A stretch of 64,000 bases of DNA, taken from the NCBI GenBank assembly GCA_951406725.2, contig OX597841.1:12710001-12774000 (forward strand), given 5' to 3'. A program made the translations under genes and the position numbers. This stretch comes from Octopus vulgaris (lineage: Eukaryota). The stretch's first letter is position 1. Every line of letters starts with the position of its first letter. Shown here in pieces: positions 41,363 to 55,862 of this stretch. Below the pieces are notes generated by a model, which was not told the DNA's origin, ran no database searches, and saw only the letters and a program-made list of their open reading frames with translations.

Positions 41363-41956
41363 AAAATCAAACGGAAATTGTAGCTGTGATCCCTAGGCCA
41401 GTGGCACGTAAAAAGCACCCACTACACTCACTGAGTGGTTGGCGTTAGGAAGGGCATCCAGCTGTAGAAATACTGCCTGACCAGACTGGAGCTTGGTGCA
41501 GCCTCCATGGCTTCCCAGACCCCGGTCGAACCATCCAACCCATGCCTGAAATTTGGGGTGAGGGGATTATCTGGTTACATTGACCCCAGTATTTCAGTGG
41601 TACTTCATTTATTGAGCCCAGTGGGATTCCAACTCAGAACGTGAAGGGAGATGAAATGCAGCTAAACATTTTGATCAGGGAGCAAACGATTCTGCCAGCT
41701 CACCACTTTAATAACAATAATAATAATAATAGTATGAATATATATTCACACATTGGTTGTATCAGATATGCACACATACATACAAGTTAATATGTGTGTA
41801 TATATACACATATGTTCTCATATATTTATGTATATATATATGTGTATATATATATGTATATATACATATATATATACATATATGCACACACATGAATGTA
41901 TTCACCACTATGTTTGTCTATATGTGTCGTGTGTTATTGTATACACACTTGTATAA

Positions 41957-42026
<70 letters not shown>

Positions 42027-42405
42027 ATATCTTCTTACAGCCTGGCTTCGTCATCCTCTTTCATTATGTAAGATAATTATGAAACCTCATTTCTTTTTTT
42101 CTCTTAATTTTCACCCCTCCCCCCACCCTTGCTACACCTTTCTGTCACCCACCCCTCCTCCCCCTTGGGTCTTCAAAATTATTTTTCTTTCTTGAAGCCT
42201 CCCACCTCCATCTTTTTCTCTCATAGTCTTTTTGCCTCCTGTTTGTTTCTCCACAGTCTCAACCAAACTTCGAAGTCCCAGTCAGTCCATATTTCTGTTT
42301 TATAAAACACTTAGATTCTGCATCTTGTGTCAAGTCACTGAGTTCTTTTAGCAGCATCAAGGTTATTGGCTGTTTTTAATTTACAAATAACAACTTCATA
42401 TGTAC

Positions 42406-42456
<51 letters not shown>

Positions 42457-44588
42457 ATTACATGTGTGTGTGTTTTTTTATGAACAAGCTTCAATGAAAA
42501 TTTCTTTCCTCCATATGGTGAATTGTACTGAAAAATATAAAAAGAAGGAAAATGCACTGAAAATATAGATTTTCATGAGAATAAATGCTTATATAGTCGA
42601 CCGGTTTCACTTGTGCTAATTACAACTGTGAATTTTATCATCATCATCATTTAATGTCCGTTGTCCATGCTGTCACGGATTGGGCAGTTTGACCTGGGCT
42701 GGCATGTTTAGGGGCCACACAGACACCCAGTCTGATTTAGCATCGTTTCTACAGCTGGATCCCCTTCCTAATGCCAGCCACTCCGAGAGTGTAATGGGCG
42801 CTTTTACTTGTCATAGGTATGGGTGTCAGTCACATGACACCTGCATTGGCCACATTCTCCCTGTGAGGCCCAATGCTCTAATGGTGTTTTTTAAGCATTG
42901 GGCCTCACGGAGGCATGCTATCATAAGAAGTTTTCATTCCATGTGAAATAACGTGGTTGATTGCCTCACAGCTTAACAACCAGTGCTGGTTTGTTTATGT
43001 TCTTGATGCCAGTGACTGATAGTATAAATACCAGACTTTTAAAAAAAAACAATATATAAAGTACTAAACACTTCACAGCAGTGCCCCAGCATGGCCACAG
43101 ACCAAGGACAGGAGTGAATTAAAGAATTATTTTCTTCCAAAGACTTCGGTTAATCTAAGACTATTGATCTCTTCTGGCTGTTTTGGACTTTCTTTGCCTC
43201 TCACAGAACAGAGACATGGAAGTTTGACATAAATAAATGCGAACCTTGTCATGGAAGAGCGGAGTGGAGTCTGGTTTCTGAAATATCTGACCTTTGGCTC
43301 CCCCAAGAGGGCACCTGGGAACCCACTGGAAATATTTCAACATTCATTTTTGCAAAAGAAGATAATGGCTTTGACATTGGAGAAATGCAGAAAGATCATA
43401 AATATTGAATATATGTCTGCAGACTTCTTCATCTTCATCATCATTGTCATTGTCGTCATCATCATCATCATCACCGTCATCATTGTTCTCATCATTAGCA
43501 TCATCATTGCAACCATCCTCATCGTCATCATCATCATGAATATCACCACCATCATTATCATCATCATCATCATCATATATCATCATCAACATCATCTTAT
43601 TAGCATCGTCATCATCACCACCACCATCCCACCACCACCATCATCACTATCATCATCATCATCATCAGCACCATCTTGTGCCATTATATTGCAGTTAATG
43701 CTGCAAGGCTGGCAGAGTCGTTAGTAACACCGGTCAAAAATGCTTAGCAGCCTTTAATCCAATTTTGCATTGCGAGTTCAAATTCCACCTGGGTTGACTT
43801 TGCCTTCCACCCTTTCAGAGCTGATAAAAAAAAAAGTAGCAGATAAATTCTGGTGTTGAAGGTTATTGCTGGCCTTGTGCTAAAATTTGAAATTAACATT
43901 AGTTATTTGTTAAGCAGGTAAGCTGGCAGAATCGATAGCATACTAGGTGAAATGCTTAGCAGTATTTCATCTGTCTCCATGTTCTGAGTTCAAATCCTGC
44001 TGAGGTCGACTTTGCCTTTCAATCTTTTTGGGGTCGATAAATTACATACCAGTTGCATACTTGGGTTGATCTAATCAACTGGACCCTCTCCCAAAATTCC
44101 GGGCCTTGTGTCTAGAGTAGAAAAGAATCGTTAGCATATTGGGATGGGTTGGATGGTTTGACCAGGGCTGGCAAGCCGAGGGGCTGAACCAGACTCCAGT
44201 CTGATTTGGCATGGTTTTCCACAACTGGATGGCCTTTCTAATGTCAAACCACTCTGAGAGTGCAATGGGTGCTTTTTATGTGCGACCGGCATGGGTGCCA
44301 TTTGTGTGACACCAGTATCTACCATGGATATAATCTTGCTTGTCTTCATGGGTCTTCTTCTCAAGCATGGCAAAATGCCAAAGGTCTCGGTCATTTGTCA
44401 TTGCCTCCATCAGGCCCAACACTCAAAAGGTGCTTCTTACAAACTGCTGGTATTGGCCACATTGCTTCCATGAGGCACAACATAGATTTGTATATGTGCA
44501 TAGACATATATATATATATATATATAAATATCGTGTACATTAGAACACATTAATAATAATTTCTATAATTCTTCTTACCCTAATATTA

Positions 44589-44626
<38 letters not shown>

Positions 44627-44650
44627 AGAGAGAGAGAGAGGGAGGGAGAG

Positions 44651-44786
<136 letters not shown>

Positions 44787-44861
44787 TTCGCCAGACCTCA
44801 GTCAAATCGTCCAACCCATGCTAGCATGGAAAGCGACGTTAAACGATGATGATGATGATAA

Positions 44862-44902
<41 letters not shown>

Positions 44903-44911
44903 GATAGAAAA

Positions 44912-44947
<36 letters not shown>

Positions 44948-45548
44948 GTATCTCTTTTTTCTCACTCCCTCTATCCTTCTTTATATATGTATATATATAT
45001 ATATATGTGGGTGTGTATATATATAAACAGATACATTTGTCTATATATATTATGAAACCTCTCTCCCAGGTACTCAGTGCTCCTCTCACCCATCCCCCGT
45101 GAGCCCCACCCAGTCTTCAGTCATAAAAGTCTCTCCCTCCCTCCCATCATTCACCATCAAGGAGGAGGGTCCCCCTTTCTCAGTACTTACTTCATCCATC
45201 CGTGGCCACCCCCAAACCTCCCTCCCACCATCCCACCATCACACTTTATAGTTAATGAGCTTTTATGAGGCCATCGTTTACGCCACATTAACCATCAATA
45301 GACACATTTAGGCCACCAACTCCGATGGCATCTCCGCTTTCCACGCACACACACACCCTAACCCCATATCACCCCCCCTGCTTTTCCCACCACCAGCTTT
45401 CGTCCATCAACATGCTCCCCACCTCCTCCGACACAGCTTCATCTCCGACCCCTCCGCTCTGTTCCTTGCCAATATCGAACCCATGGAATTCTGGGAATTT
45501 TGCAATTAAATTTGTGTGTGTGGCGGGAGTTACTGTGATGATGCTAAC

Positions 45549-45581
<33 letters not shown>

Positions 45582-45776
45582 GGTGATGATTCTAATGATG
45601 ATGAGGAGGACGATGATGATGATTGTTGGAGGGAAGGGGTAGCAAGGGTGGTGGTGGAGTGAATGTCTTCAGAGTTATTAAATTCTTCACAGATTTATTG
45701 CTATTACAGGGCAAAAGGTTACTAATTCTATGTATGTATGTATATATATATGTGTGTGTGTGTGTATAGGTATTTG

Positions 45777-45837
<61 letters not shown>

Positions 45838-46127
45838 TTGTCTGTGTGTGTGTATATTTATATGTAATATAGATATATAAAATATTATATGCATGCACAC
45901 ATGACATAGAATATCTTCAGACATAGTTGTGTATAAACCCATATGTGTATTTATACATATGTATCTATACATGTATATGCATATATGTATACATATACAT
46001 TAATACACACATATATATAAACATACATATACATATACATATATATATATATATATATACACACACATAAACATTACATATTCACGTATTATATTTATAT
46101 CTATAAATATATACAAAAATATATGCG

Positions 46128-46169
<42 letters not shown>

Positions 46170-47064
46170 CGTGCATGCGTGTGTGTGTGTGTGTGTGTGT
46201 GTGTATGTATATTTCATCCAAATACAATGATTATACATCCAGGAGGAGACACAGCAGTGAAATTATTCATAAAATCAGACATGTGAAATAAAACAGAGGG
46301 CGGAGAAAGAGCAGAAATGCTATATATAATATATACACATATATATATACACATATACACAGGCATAATATATATATATATAATGTAAATAAAGTTAACA
46401 ACTGATATAGAAAAAACGAGAGAATTTGAGGTTTAGGGTGAAATCCTGTATGCAAAGGAAGAAAAAGTATTAAGAGAAGCTAGAGGTTGGGTGATAGAGA
46501 GAGATGGGGGATGGAGGGAGAGGGAGAGAGAGAGAGAGTGAGAGTGTGTGTGTAGTCATAGACTGGTGGTTCAGTTTAGCCCCATATTGATTCAGGTACA
46601 TGATGTTGATAAGCCACAAAATGATGAAATATCAGTATCCATCAATGTTGGATGTGATTGGAGGTGAGTTACCTCACCTGTTCATAACTTGCAGGTGTTT
46701 TAACAGCCTGTATCACGAGAGAGTCATCTCCCAAAGTGCCAGGCAGCAGCAAACCAGAGAACAAACAAAACGATAATGTTTACGTATTCATAATTGAATA
46801 CATTTACGTATGTATATATCTATCTATCTGCAAAATGGATGTTAATCAATGATACACACACACACACATAAATTAGAAAAAAACCCACCTTTTATCAATT
46901 CAATGATGAGAAATTAAATTATACCATTTAGAAAAATTACATCTTAGAGAAAGATTAAATATAAGACAAAACATATAACAATGATTAAGTAATGTGCAAA
47001 ATAGTAAATAAAACGTATATATTTGGTAGAATAACATATATAATATAATATCAAGTCTTTTTTC

Positions 47065-47350
47065 TATCACGTGACCGACCAGACCATCAGATGTTGTTAC
47101 ACATCACTGGTCACAATGCATTCGCATTGTTTTAGCCTTCAAATTACGCCACCCTGCTGGCTAAGTGAGCAGGCCAACAGAAGAAAGAGTGGTGAAAGAG
47201 TACAGCAGGGATCACCACCCCCTGCCGGAACCTCGTGGAGCTTTTAAGTGTTTTCACTCAATAAACACTCACAATGCCCGGCCTGGGAATCGAAACCGCG
47301 ATCCTACAACCGCGAGTCCACTGCCCTAACCACTGGGCCATTGCGCCTCT
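47065..47350 (-). mobile_element. tRNA-derived SINE family D (second copy 55420-55675)
   Basis: Minus: AGAGGCGCAATGGCCCAGTGGTTAGGGCAG..GGTTTCGATTCCC..AAAGCTCCACGAGG..; tail AAAACAATGCGAA.GCATTGTGACCAG. Confidence 0.75.
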
Positions 47351-48059
47351 ATATAATATAATATAATATATAAATATATATATCATATTTTGTGAAATTT
47401 GATTTAGTATTTCTAGATTGAATTTTTCCCTGTAAGTTTGGAATAATATTCCCTCATATTATCATTATTATATATATATGTATGTATATTTATATTTATG
47501 TATATGTGTGCATGAATATATTTTTGTATATAAATGATGTATTTATGGAGCAAGGGAGGAAGAGACACATAGACAGGAGAGTAGAATTTAAAAATTACCA
47601 TTTTTGCCATCTTGGGAGAAAGAAGTTCAAATCCAGGTGACTCCAAAAATAATTCCATTCCATACAATTTTGCCAAAATAATTCTTCAATCAAAAGAGTT
47701 CAAAGTTCAGTAAGAAGACATTTTATATAAAAGTTGCTTTTATGAAATTACTGTATATTAATATTTTGGTCTGTGTGTGTGTGTGTGTGTGTGGATGCAT
47801 GGGGGGTAGGTGTGTATCTCTATCTGTTTGTCTATCTGTCTGTCTATCTATCTATCTATCTATCTATAAGTGTGTGTGTGTGTGTGTATGCATATATTTG
47901 TAGGCATTGCTGTATAATAAGATGTTTGTTTTCTGCCCACATGGTTCCGGGTTCAGTCCCACTGCCTGGTACCTTGGGAGAAAGAAGTTCAAATCCAGGT
48001 GACTCCAGGTGCATGCAGATTAGAGGCCATCATGTTGCACCATCTGCACTTATGGTGCT

Positions 48060-48263
48060 TTAGCAGGAGAAAAGAAATGGCAGCTTCAATGAAGGAGTTT
48101 TTCACCTCAAAGGACAAGGACTGGTCTCAGCTTAGGATCAAAGAACTGGCAGAAAGGTGCAACACGGTGGCCTCAACATTGAATCATAATCTGTTTTGTT
48201 GCAATTTGATGAATAAAGCAAAAAAAGTCAACAAAATATTATGAAACTTTTGACTCAGTGCAA
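48060..48263 (+). mobile_element. mariner transposase C-terminal remnant and right TIR
   Basis: MAASMKEFFTSKDKDWSQLRIKELAERC resembles mariner C-termini (EFFASK..W...GI..L.ERW); ends AACTTTTGACTCAGTGCAA|TA. Confidence 0.7.
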
Positions 48264-48729
48264 TAAAAGTTGGCAGCAGAGATGGTGTGAGGTGTGTGTG
48301 TGTGTGTTGGGGGTACAAGTGAGATGCACAGTGCCACAGATGAGGTCAGAGATATATAGGGATAGAAAGAGAGTGAGACGAACTGAGTTAATGGGGACAG
48401 AGTAACCGTTTGGCAAAACAAGGGTTCTATAAGGGAAAGTGAAAGTAGAAAGTGCAGGGAAAACATGAGATTGTAGGAGACGATATAGAGAAGAGAGGAT
48501 AAATATATACATACATTATGTATAGTCTATCATTGGTTTAACTGTTTCAGTCATTTGACTGCGGCCATACTGGAGCACCATCTTTGGTCAGACAAATCGA
48601 CTCCAGGACTTATTATACTGGTCTATATTTGCCAAATCGCTATGTTACAGGGATGTAACAAACCAACATCAGTTGTCAAGCAATGGTGGGGGTACAAACA
48701 AAGACACACAAATACACACATACATACAT

Positions 48730-48775
<46 letters not shown>

Positions 48776-49330
48776 GGCTTTTCTCAGTTTCCATCTACCA
48801 AATCCACTCACAAGGAATTGGTCGGCCCAAGGCTATGGTAGAAGATACTTGCCCAAGGTGCCATGCAGTGGGACTGAACCCAGAACCATGTAGTTGGGAA
48901 GCAAGCTTCTTACCCCATATGTATATTTAAGTTCATTGTGTGTGTATGTGTGTGCATGCATGTGTGTGTAAGTGTGTATTTATGTATGTACACACATATA
49001 TACACCTCGTTAGTTGGAAACCTCTGCAAGTGCAGTTATTAACGAGAATATTGGAGGTGAATAAATATAAACGGGAATTGTACTCACACGTACATATATA
49101 CACCCAAACATATATATACAGGCATGTTGTGTGTTAGCATACACATTCACACAATCACATACACACACATATATACATACCTGCAAACACATACGTATGT
49201 ATATGTATATTGATGTGTATGTCTATGCACATACATCTGGGTGTGTCTGTATGTGTGTGTGTGTATTTATGTATGTATGTGTGTTTATATTTTTTGTGTA
49301 CTAATAGCGTCAAAAGTTCATAAAATGTTT

Positions 49331-49386
<56 letters not shown>

Positions 49387-49612
49387 TTGTATGTGTGGGT
49401 ATTTGTGTAGTTCTCTTTCTATTTGTATATACATATAAACAAACATACTGATACCTATATATTCATACATACCAACAGACACACACTCACACACATATTG
49501 TATATTGTATACACAAGAATACTCTCATATACATACTTGTGCATGAACATACATAAATATATATAGAGACACTCATACACACAAAATATACATATATATA
49601 TATACATATATA

Positions 49613-49696
<84 letters not shown>

Positions 49697-50437
49697 TAGA
49701 TAGATATATAGATATATGTATCCCTACATATATAAATATATATATACATACATACATTCACACACACACATGTATATTTATGTATATATATATATATATA
49801 TATGTATAAATGTATGTATATATATATGTGTGTATATATGTATATATATATGTATATAATCTATGTATGTATATATGTAAGTGTATGCATGTGGGCAGTG
49901 ACAAGTGTATGTGGAGGCCTCATTATGTTAGGTCTGGTTACAACTCTGCAAAAGAATATTTAGACAAGTCAGACACTTTGTAGGAGCATATGGTCATACA
50001 GATGTGTGTGTGTGTACATAGATTCATAGGGAAATGTATATTATATACATACATGCATCAGTGTTTGTGTATATTTGTGTGTGTGTATGTATGTGTTCAA
50101 TTATGTGTATCAGCACAAACATACATACACACGCATTGTATGTGATATTCACGTGTGTATATTTATATATATATATATATACATATAATAATGTAATATA
50201 ATATGTATACACACTTATGTATGTATACATGTTTGTGCATATATATAAATATATGCGCATATATTTATATTCTATATATATATGAATGTATATACAGAAA
50301 TGTAAACAAACGTATGTATACAAATATATATATATATATATTTATATACACACACGCACATACACATATATATTGTTACATGCATCTATATGTATACATA
50401 CATGTATATATACATACATATGTGTGTGTATGTATAT

Positions 50438-50486
<49 letters not shown>

Positions 50487-50937
50487 GAAATCTCCACTGG
50501 CACACCTATATATAACACTCACATCCACACACACACACACACATATGCGTATATATATACACACATACACACACACAGCTCATTATCGTGTAAGACAAAC
50601 AGATTTGTATAAACAAGAACTCAGCTCATCCATATAGCCTTGGGTCTGTCTATGTTTTGCTAGAGCAGGTGGTGGTGGTGGGGGGGTGGAGGTGGCGGTG
50701 GCGGCGGTCGTCGTTGTCGTGTGTGTGTGTGTGTGTGTATGGTACTGTTGCATTCACACTTGCACTTACGCACTTGCATGTGCACCCACTCACACACCAC
50801 ACTCATATGTACACGAAAATGTGATATATACATATATATGTGATATATATATGTGTGCTATATATATATGTATGTGCTATATATATATATGTATGTGCTA
50901 TATATATATATGTATGTGCTATATATATATATATGTG

Positions 50938-50976
<39 letters not shown>

Positions 50977-51171
50977 AAATACATACATATATGATTATGG
51001 CTGTGTACATATGTTTTTATAAATATATATAGGTGTGCAAATGTGTTTGTATAAATGTATATTTTATGTGTGTATGTGTGTGTGTATACAGATATATATA
51101 TATATATACACACACAGATATATATATATATATATAAATATATATATATATTGATGGATATGTATATATAT

Positions 51172-51219
<48 letters not shown>

Positions 51220-51747
51220 CTTGTACTGCCTTCAGTTATTGGAGTGCAGCCATGCTGGAGCACCACCCTGTAATGTTAATTTGACTAATCATCCACCTCC
51301 TCTCAGATATACTATTTTAAGCTTGGTATTTACTTTGTTGATCTCAGTTGCTGAACTGCTAAGTCATGGTTGCATAAACAAACCAACATCAGTTTTTAAG
51401 AGTTGGCTGTGTGTGTGCGGTGTGGGGGGGAAGCAAACACAAACACACGCACACTACTACCCCCATGTTTTGTGTGCATGTGTGTGTGTGTGTGAGAGAG
51501 AGAGAGAGGGAGTAATATATATAACAAGCTTCAACATAGTTTCCACCCACCAAAATTACTCACAAGTCGTTGCTCAAATCCAGATCAAAGTAGAATGTTC
51601 TTGTCCAAATGCTCTGTTGTGGGATTGAACCTTAAGCCAAGAGGTTGAGAAGCAAGTTTCTTATCACACACACGCCTGCACCAATGAATGCTTCCTCCAC
51701 AATCACAGTTTATTCACAAATCCCAAAGAATCTTCTTTATATTATTA

Positions 51748-52549
51748 GACGGAAACTGAAAGAAGCCCGTCGTATATATATGTGTGTGTGTGTGTATATG
51801 TTTGTGTGTCTGTGTTTGTCCCCCTAGCATTGCTTGACAACCGATGCTGGTGTGTTTACGTCCCCGTCACTTAGCGGTTCAGCAAAAAGAGACCGATAGA
51901 ATAAGTACTGGGCTTACAAAGAATAAGTCCTGGGATTGATTTGCTCGACTAAAGGTGGTGCTCCAGCATGGCCGCAGTCAAATGACTGAAACAATTAAAA
52001 GAGTAAGAAACACTTTGGTCCCTTTCAGGGGCAGTGACATTCTCCTTGTTTCTGGGACATCTTTCCTTTATTCTCACAACAATGCTTCCAGGACACCCAT
52101 CCCTTCTGATGGCAGTTTCTGTTACCTAGGTGATATCATTAAAAGCCATTTAATTAGGAAACCGGAGCTGCCAACTTCTTCAAGAGGAGCTTTGAAAGGC
52201 TCTCCTTCTCTCCCTCTCTTCACTCACAACAAAACTGCAACAGTGTTTCTGCTTCGTGCCAACGAGTCCTGCCTCTCAGTCTGCCTGGGGTTCCACTTAG
52301 GCACCCATAGTTTTACCCTGGGCACACTATACTCTTTACTCTCTTACTTGTTTCAGTCATTTGACTGTGGCCATGCTGGAGCACCACCTTTAGTCGAGCA
52401 AATCGACCCCAGGACTTGTTCTTTGTAAGCCTAGTACTTATTCTATCGGTCTCTTTTGCTGAACCGCTAAGTTACGGGGACATAAACACACCACCATTGG
52501 TTATCAAGTGATGTTGCGGGGTACAAACACAGACACAAATACACACACG

Positions 52550-52625
<76 letters not shown>

Positions 52626-52790
52626 CGATGGGCTTCTTTCAGTTTCCATCTACCAAATTCACTCACAAGGCTTTGGTTGGCCCGAGGCTATAGTAGAAAA
52701 CACTTGCCCAAAGTGCCATGCAGTGGGACTGAACCCGGAACCATGCGGTTGGTAAGCAACCTACTTACCACACTGCCACTCCTGCACCTA
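51748..52790. mobile_element. Closely spaced inverted SINE family A pair
   Basis: + partial copy 51748-52005 and - full copy 52330-52790. Other family A copies: 3925-4135(-), 22417-22900(+), 28749-29070(+), 48538-48915(-), 51220-51670(-). Confidence 0.8.
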
Positions 52791-53209
52791 TATGTAAAAA
52801 AAAAAAAAAGGTAAAGCTACCTTCTTGAGTGATGCTGACACACAAGGGTTGGTTTCTTGGTTTCCATGATGTATATATTCTTCACCTGGATGGGACGCAA
52901 GTCCCTGGCAGGATTACTCACTTTTACCATCTTAACCCTTTTGGTACCATATTTATTTTGAGATGCTCTGTGCTTCTTTCAATTAATTTTAAATATAACA
53001 AAGAATTTAGTAAAATAATGTGGGTCCCCGATTTATCTTTTTGTGTCCATGGAACCCACAAAAATCTAATAGGGATCCCGGTTGAGAACCCGTACTCTGT
53101 AAGAATCAGATCATCGCTACGAAGGAATTCTGCAAACAGCCTGTCAAAACTCATCTGTTATGAACCTGGAGGACATTAGTAAAGAGAAGCAAGGCTGGTG
53201 TCTGGATGC

Positions 53210-53320
53210 TGGTTTCCTGAACAGATGATGCTCAGATGCGACCGAATAAGGAGGACAGGGATGCTGATCAACCCGTTCAAAGCCACAGTCATGCACAGCA
53301 GCCATTGCGACTGGAAACTT
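53210..53320 (-). mobile_element. mariner transposase remnant
   Basis: [31 protein letters not shown] is a decayed HPPYSPDLAPSDYHLF region. Confidence 0.6.
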
Positions 53321-53401
53321 CTTGCTACACAGCAACACCTGCACCCATATGTGTACAAACGCACACACATATATAAACATATATACACACATATATATGC
53401 T

Positions 53402-53441
<40 letters not shown>

Positions 53442-53597
53442 TGCATATATATATATACACATGCATATATATATATACATATACATATGCATCTACATAC
53501 ATCATACATACATATATATATATATATATATAAACGGCGGTGCATCACCATGGCCGCAGCTCTGAGCTGAAACTAGAGAATAAAAAAAAATTAAATA

Positions 53598-53661
<64 letters not shown>

Positions 53662-53677
53662 CATATATATATATATA

Positions 53678-54160
53678 AATTTTATTTTGTAATGAGATAA
53701 AAAAAAAAACGAAGGCAGTGTAGATTTTAGAACATTTATAGATAGAAGGTCTTACAGCTGTTTCCAGGATATTAATTATATCCCTTCATCGGAGATGGTG
53801 TGAGGGGATGGTTAAGCAATAGTTAATAGAGAGTGAGGTAGAGGAAATAAAAGAAAATAGATGAGAGATATGTAGGGATATTGCATTTGTAGATCCATTT
53901 TTTTAGGCAGAATGGTATATATGTAAGATTCCATATATATACCATTCTACCCAAAAAATGGATCTACAAATTCAATATCCTCCACCACACTCTCTGTTTT
54001 GTTTCCCATCTAAATCAATTATTACTTAACCATCCTCTCACACCATCTGATGAAGGGATATAATTAATAAATATCCTGGTAACAGCTGTGAGACCTTCTT
54101 TCTATAAATGTTCTAATATCTACACTGCCTTCGTTTTTTTATCTCATTACACAAATAATT
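53678..54160. repeat. ~480-bp imperfect foldback with a hammerhead motif in each arm (head-to-head)
   Basis: Arms mirror around ~53927; - arm 53750-53795 TCT-CCGATGA-AG-GGATAT..ATATCC-TG-GAAA-CAGCTG-TA-AGA; + arm 54047-54093 CTGATGA...GTAA-CAGCTG-TG-AGA. Confidence 0.8.
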
Positions 54161-55709
54161 AAAGTGCTTAATATAATGAGTAAGTAATTAATTATAGCAA
54201 TGCAAAGTATTTAAGTTTCGATTAAGCATAATTCTTTTAATTATCCACTGAGATCATCAAGAATTGTGTATATTATTAATTATAGTAATTCTTCAATTAT
54301 CATATAATAATCTTAATTCCTATAAAAGGGTATAATATAAACATAAATAGGTTTCTAATTATCTAATCCATTATTTTCATTCTTTAGTTATCTAACGCAG
54401 TCATTAATAATTGTATATATTATTATTATTAATTATAATAATTTTTAATTATTATATAACAAGGCTAATTCATTTATAAGAGATTATTACAATGAATAAA
54501 TAGATATTTGGTTGTCTTTTCTGCATTTTTATTTTCTAATTACCCAGTGAGATGCTCCGTGGTTGTCTGTGTTGTAGAATATTCTTCAGTTATTATAAAA
54601 TATGTTCAACTCCTATCAAAGGGTTAATTATATTAAATAAACAAATAAGTAATTAATTAATGCAACGTAAAGTGTGTAAGTTTCTATAAAGCGTCACATA
54701 GAATTATTATGTATAGATTGATTCTTTAAGTTATCAATTAAGCATAACGAAGCATTCATTCTTGTCTGTAGTTTTTGTTTTTTAGATATCCAGTGAAGTC
54801 ATCAGTTTTAGGGGACAAACAATCGTTTTCTATATAAGGTTGTTTTTGTTTTTGTAGATTTATAATTGTGAAAAAATGTGGAATTAGTTTGGAATTTCAT
54901 ATTTTATTTTTATAAACGGTGCTGGTGGCACATAAGAGAACCATTCGAACATGGCCGTTGTCAGTGCCGCCCTGACTGGCTTCCATGCCGGTGGCATGTA
55001 AAAAGCACCATCCAATCGTGGCCGTTGCCTGCCTCACCTGGTCCCCGTGCCGGTGGCACGTAAAAAGCACCATCCGACCGTGGCCGTTTGCCAGACTTGT
55101 CTGGCACCTGTGCAGGTGGCACGTAAAAAGCACCCACTACACTCATGGAGTGGTTGGCGTTAAGAAGGGCATCCAGCCGTAGAAACATTGCCAGATCAGA
55201 CTGGGCCTGGTGCAGCCTTCTAGCTTCCCAGACCCCAGTTGCACCGTCCAACCCATGCCAGCATGGAAAGAGGACGCTAAACGATGATGATGATGATGAT
55301 GATGAAACTAAATTAATTATTCAATGACGTCACTCTTGATTAAATGAATGAATGTCTCTCAAGTTAAATTTGGTTTGGTCTTTCCTTTTGTTAGTGTTTT
55401 TTAACAGCTAGAATTTTTTCAGATGTTGCTACACATCGCTGGTCACAATGCGCTTTGCATTGTTTTAGCCTTCAAGTGATGCCACCCCGCTAGCTAAGTG
55501 AGCAAGCCAACAGAAGAAAGAGTGAGAGAAAGTTGTGGCGAAAGAGTACAGCAGGGATCGCCACCACCCCCTGCCGGAGCCTCGTGGAGCTTTAGATGTT
55601 TTTGCTCAATAAACTCTCACAACGCCCGGTCTGGGAATCGAAACCGTGATCCTCCGACCGCGAGTTCGCTGCCCTGACAACGTGATAAAAGTCATTAATG
55701 TGATTTTCT

Positions 55710-55747
<38 letters not shown>

Positions 55748-55776
55748 CTTTATATTATTGGAAAACCTATATGAAA

Positions 55777-55862
55777 TTAGCTGAAGATTACTCGACATAT
55801 TAAATCTGCTGTAATATTTACAGCTTTTAATAAAATGTTGTAGTATGAAACAATTGTACTAA
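55777..55862 (+). ncRNA. Minimal hammerhead ribozyme motif, intact core, sense to TIKI intron
   Basis: TTAG-CTGAAGA(55781)-long stem II (TACT..CGACAT/ATGTTG..AGTA, inner GCTGTAA/TTACAGC)-GAAA(55847)-CAATTG-TA-CTAA; predicted cut after A55858. Confidence 0.78.

Noticed and set aside
54919-55134. CRISPR-like repeat/spacer look of the RTE 3' UTR units
   Set aside because: Spacers are related to each other, recur in other copies and belong to a LINE tail; kept only as a structured-RNA candidate.
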